Shown: positions 63,549-64,000 of the stretch, piece after piece
Numbering within the stretch: the first letter of the stretch is position 1
How the letters are laid out: every line of letters begins with the position of its first letter
Assembly: GCA_965197745.1 (NCBI GenBank)
Contig: CBDANS010000006.1
Span: forward strand, 1,024,001-1,088,000
Direction of reading: 5' to 3'
DNA from: Opitutales bacterium
GTDB lineage: Bacteria > Verrucomicrobiota > Verrucomicrobiia > Opitutales > PNEW01
Length of the DNA stretch: 64,000 bases
The notes under the pieces: generated by a model
Databases searched by the model: none
Told to the model about the DNA's origin: nothing
Seen by the model: only the letters and a program-made list of their open reading frames with translations
Translations under genes and position numbers: made by a program

Positions 63549-64000
63549 ATGAAGCGTGGGGGATCTTTTGTCTTTTTCATATTTTTGGCCAGCTTTGTAT
63601 TCGCAGTAGAGAATGGCCAATTATCAGATATTATAGCGCGAGCTGAGAAAGGTGATGCTGAAGCTCAATACGAACTTGGAGAAATGTATGAAAAAGGACA
63701 AGGCATTGAACAGAATTATGCCAAGGCACTTGAGTGGTATCGAAAAGCAGCTGAACAAGGTGTAAAAGCACAAGAATTCCGTGACATGAAGTTGGAGGCT
63801 CTCGCTCAGCATCGTGCCTTTCAGAAGGAGCTTTTGAGAATGCGAGAACACAAGGCTCGTATTGATAAGGAACGACAAATGGAAATAGAAATCCGAGAAG
63901 AGGGAGTTGATGATAAAATTGAGCTTAGTCTAATTCGTTTTGAAACATTTCTCGAAGACGCTGAAAATAAAGCGAGGCAAGGAGAATTTCAGGAAGCGAT
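63549..64000 (+). CDS. Secreted Sel1-like repeat protein (partial, runs off the window)
   Basis: Manual translation: signal-like MKRGGSFVFFIFLASFVFA, then AEKGDAEAQYELGEMYEKGQGIEQNYAKALEWYRKAAEQG; open to the window end. Confidence 0.8.
   Translation, partial: MKRGGSFVFFIFLASFVFAVENGQLSDIIARAEKGDAEAQYELGEMYEKGQGIEQNYAKALEWYRKAAEQGVKAQEFRDMKLEALAQHRAFQKELLRMREHKARIDKERQMEIEIREEGVDDKIELSLIRFETFLEDAENKARQGEFQEA

Overview
Bacterial chromosomal segment, probably Verrucomicrobia (Opitutae-like; inferred from gene content and protein style, not from a database search). It is probably close to the replication origin: a candidate oriC lies upstream of dnaN and a perfect parS lies inside mnmG. The housekeeping backbone comprises a divergent enolase, carB, pyrF, pilC, pssA, dnaN, Moco biosynthesis genes, gnd, gmk, miaB, pspFABC, recA, mnmE/mnmG, trmB, the F-type ATP synthase operon and tRNA-Ile2(CAT). 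Two passenger-carrying IS1595-family elements, each with terminal inverted repeats and an 8-bp target duplication, interrupt host genes. The first (27783-30787) splits an SPL-like radical SAM gene and contains a nested, dead IS3 element. The second (39491-42176) cuts the signal peptide off a gluconolactonase and carries a PIN-nuclease pair. The most unusual signals are: (i) a four-helix-bundle gene inside the atp operon, embedded in four arrays of a 7-nt repeat that can pair in alternative ways; (ii) two related 32/43-nt GA-hairpin micro-insertions that each hit a TGAAT site in the IS3 catalytic core with the same inferred 1-nt loss; (iii) a small basic peptide whose mRNA is folded so that its ribosome-binding site is sequestered, resembling a type I toxin mRNA; and (iv) an uncharacterised sugar/sugar-acid catabolic cluster.
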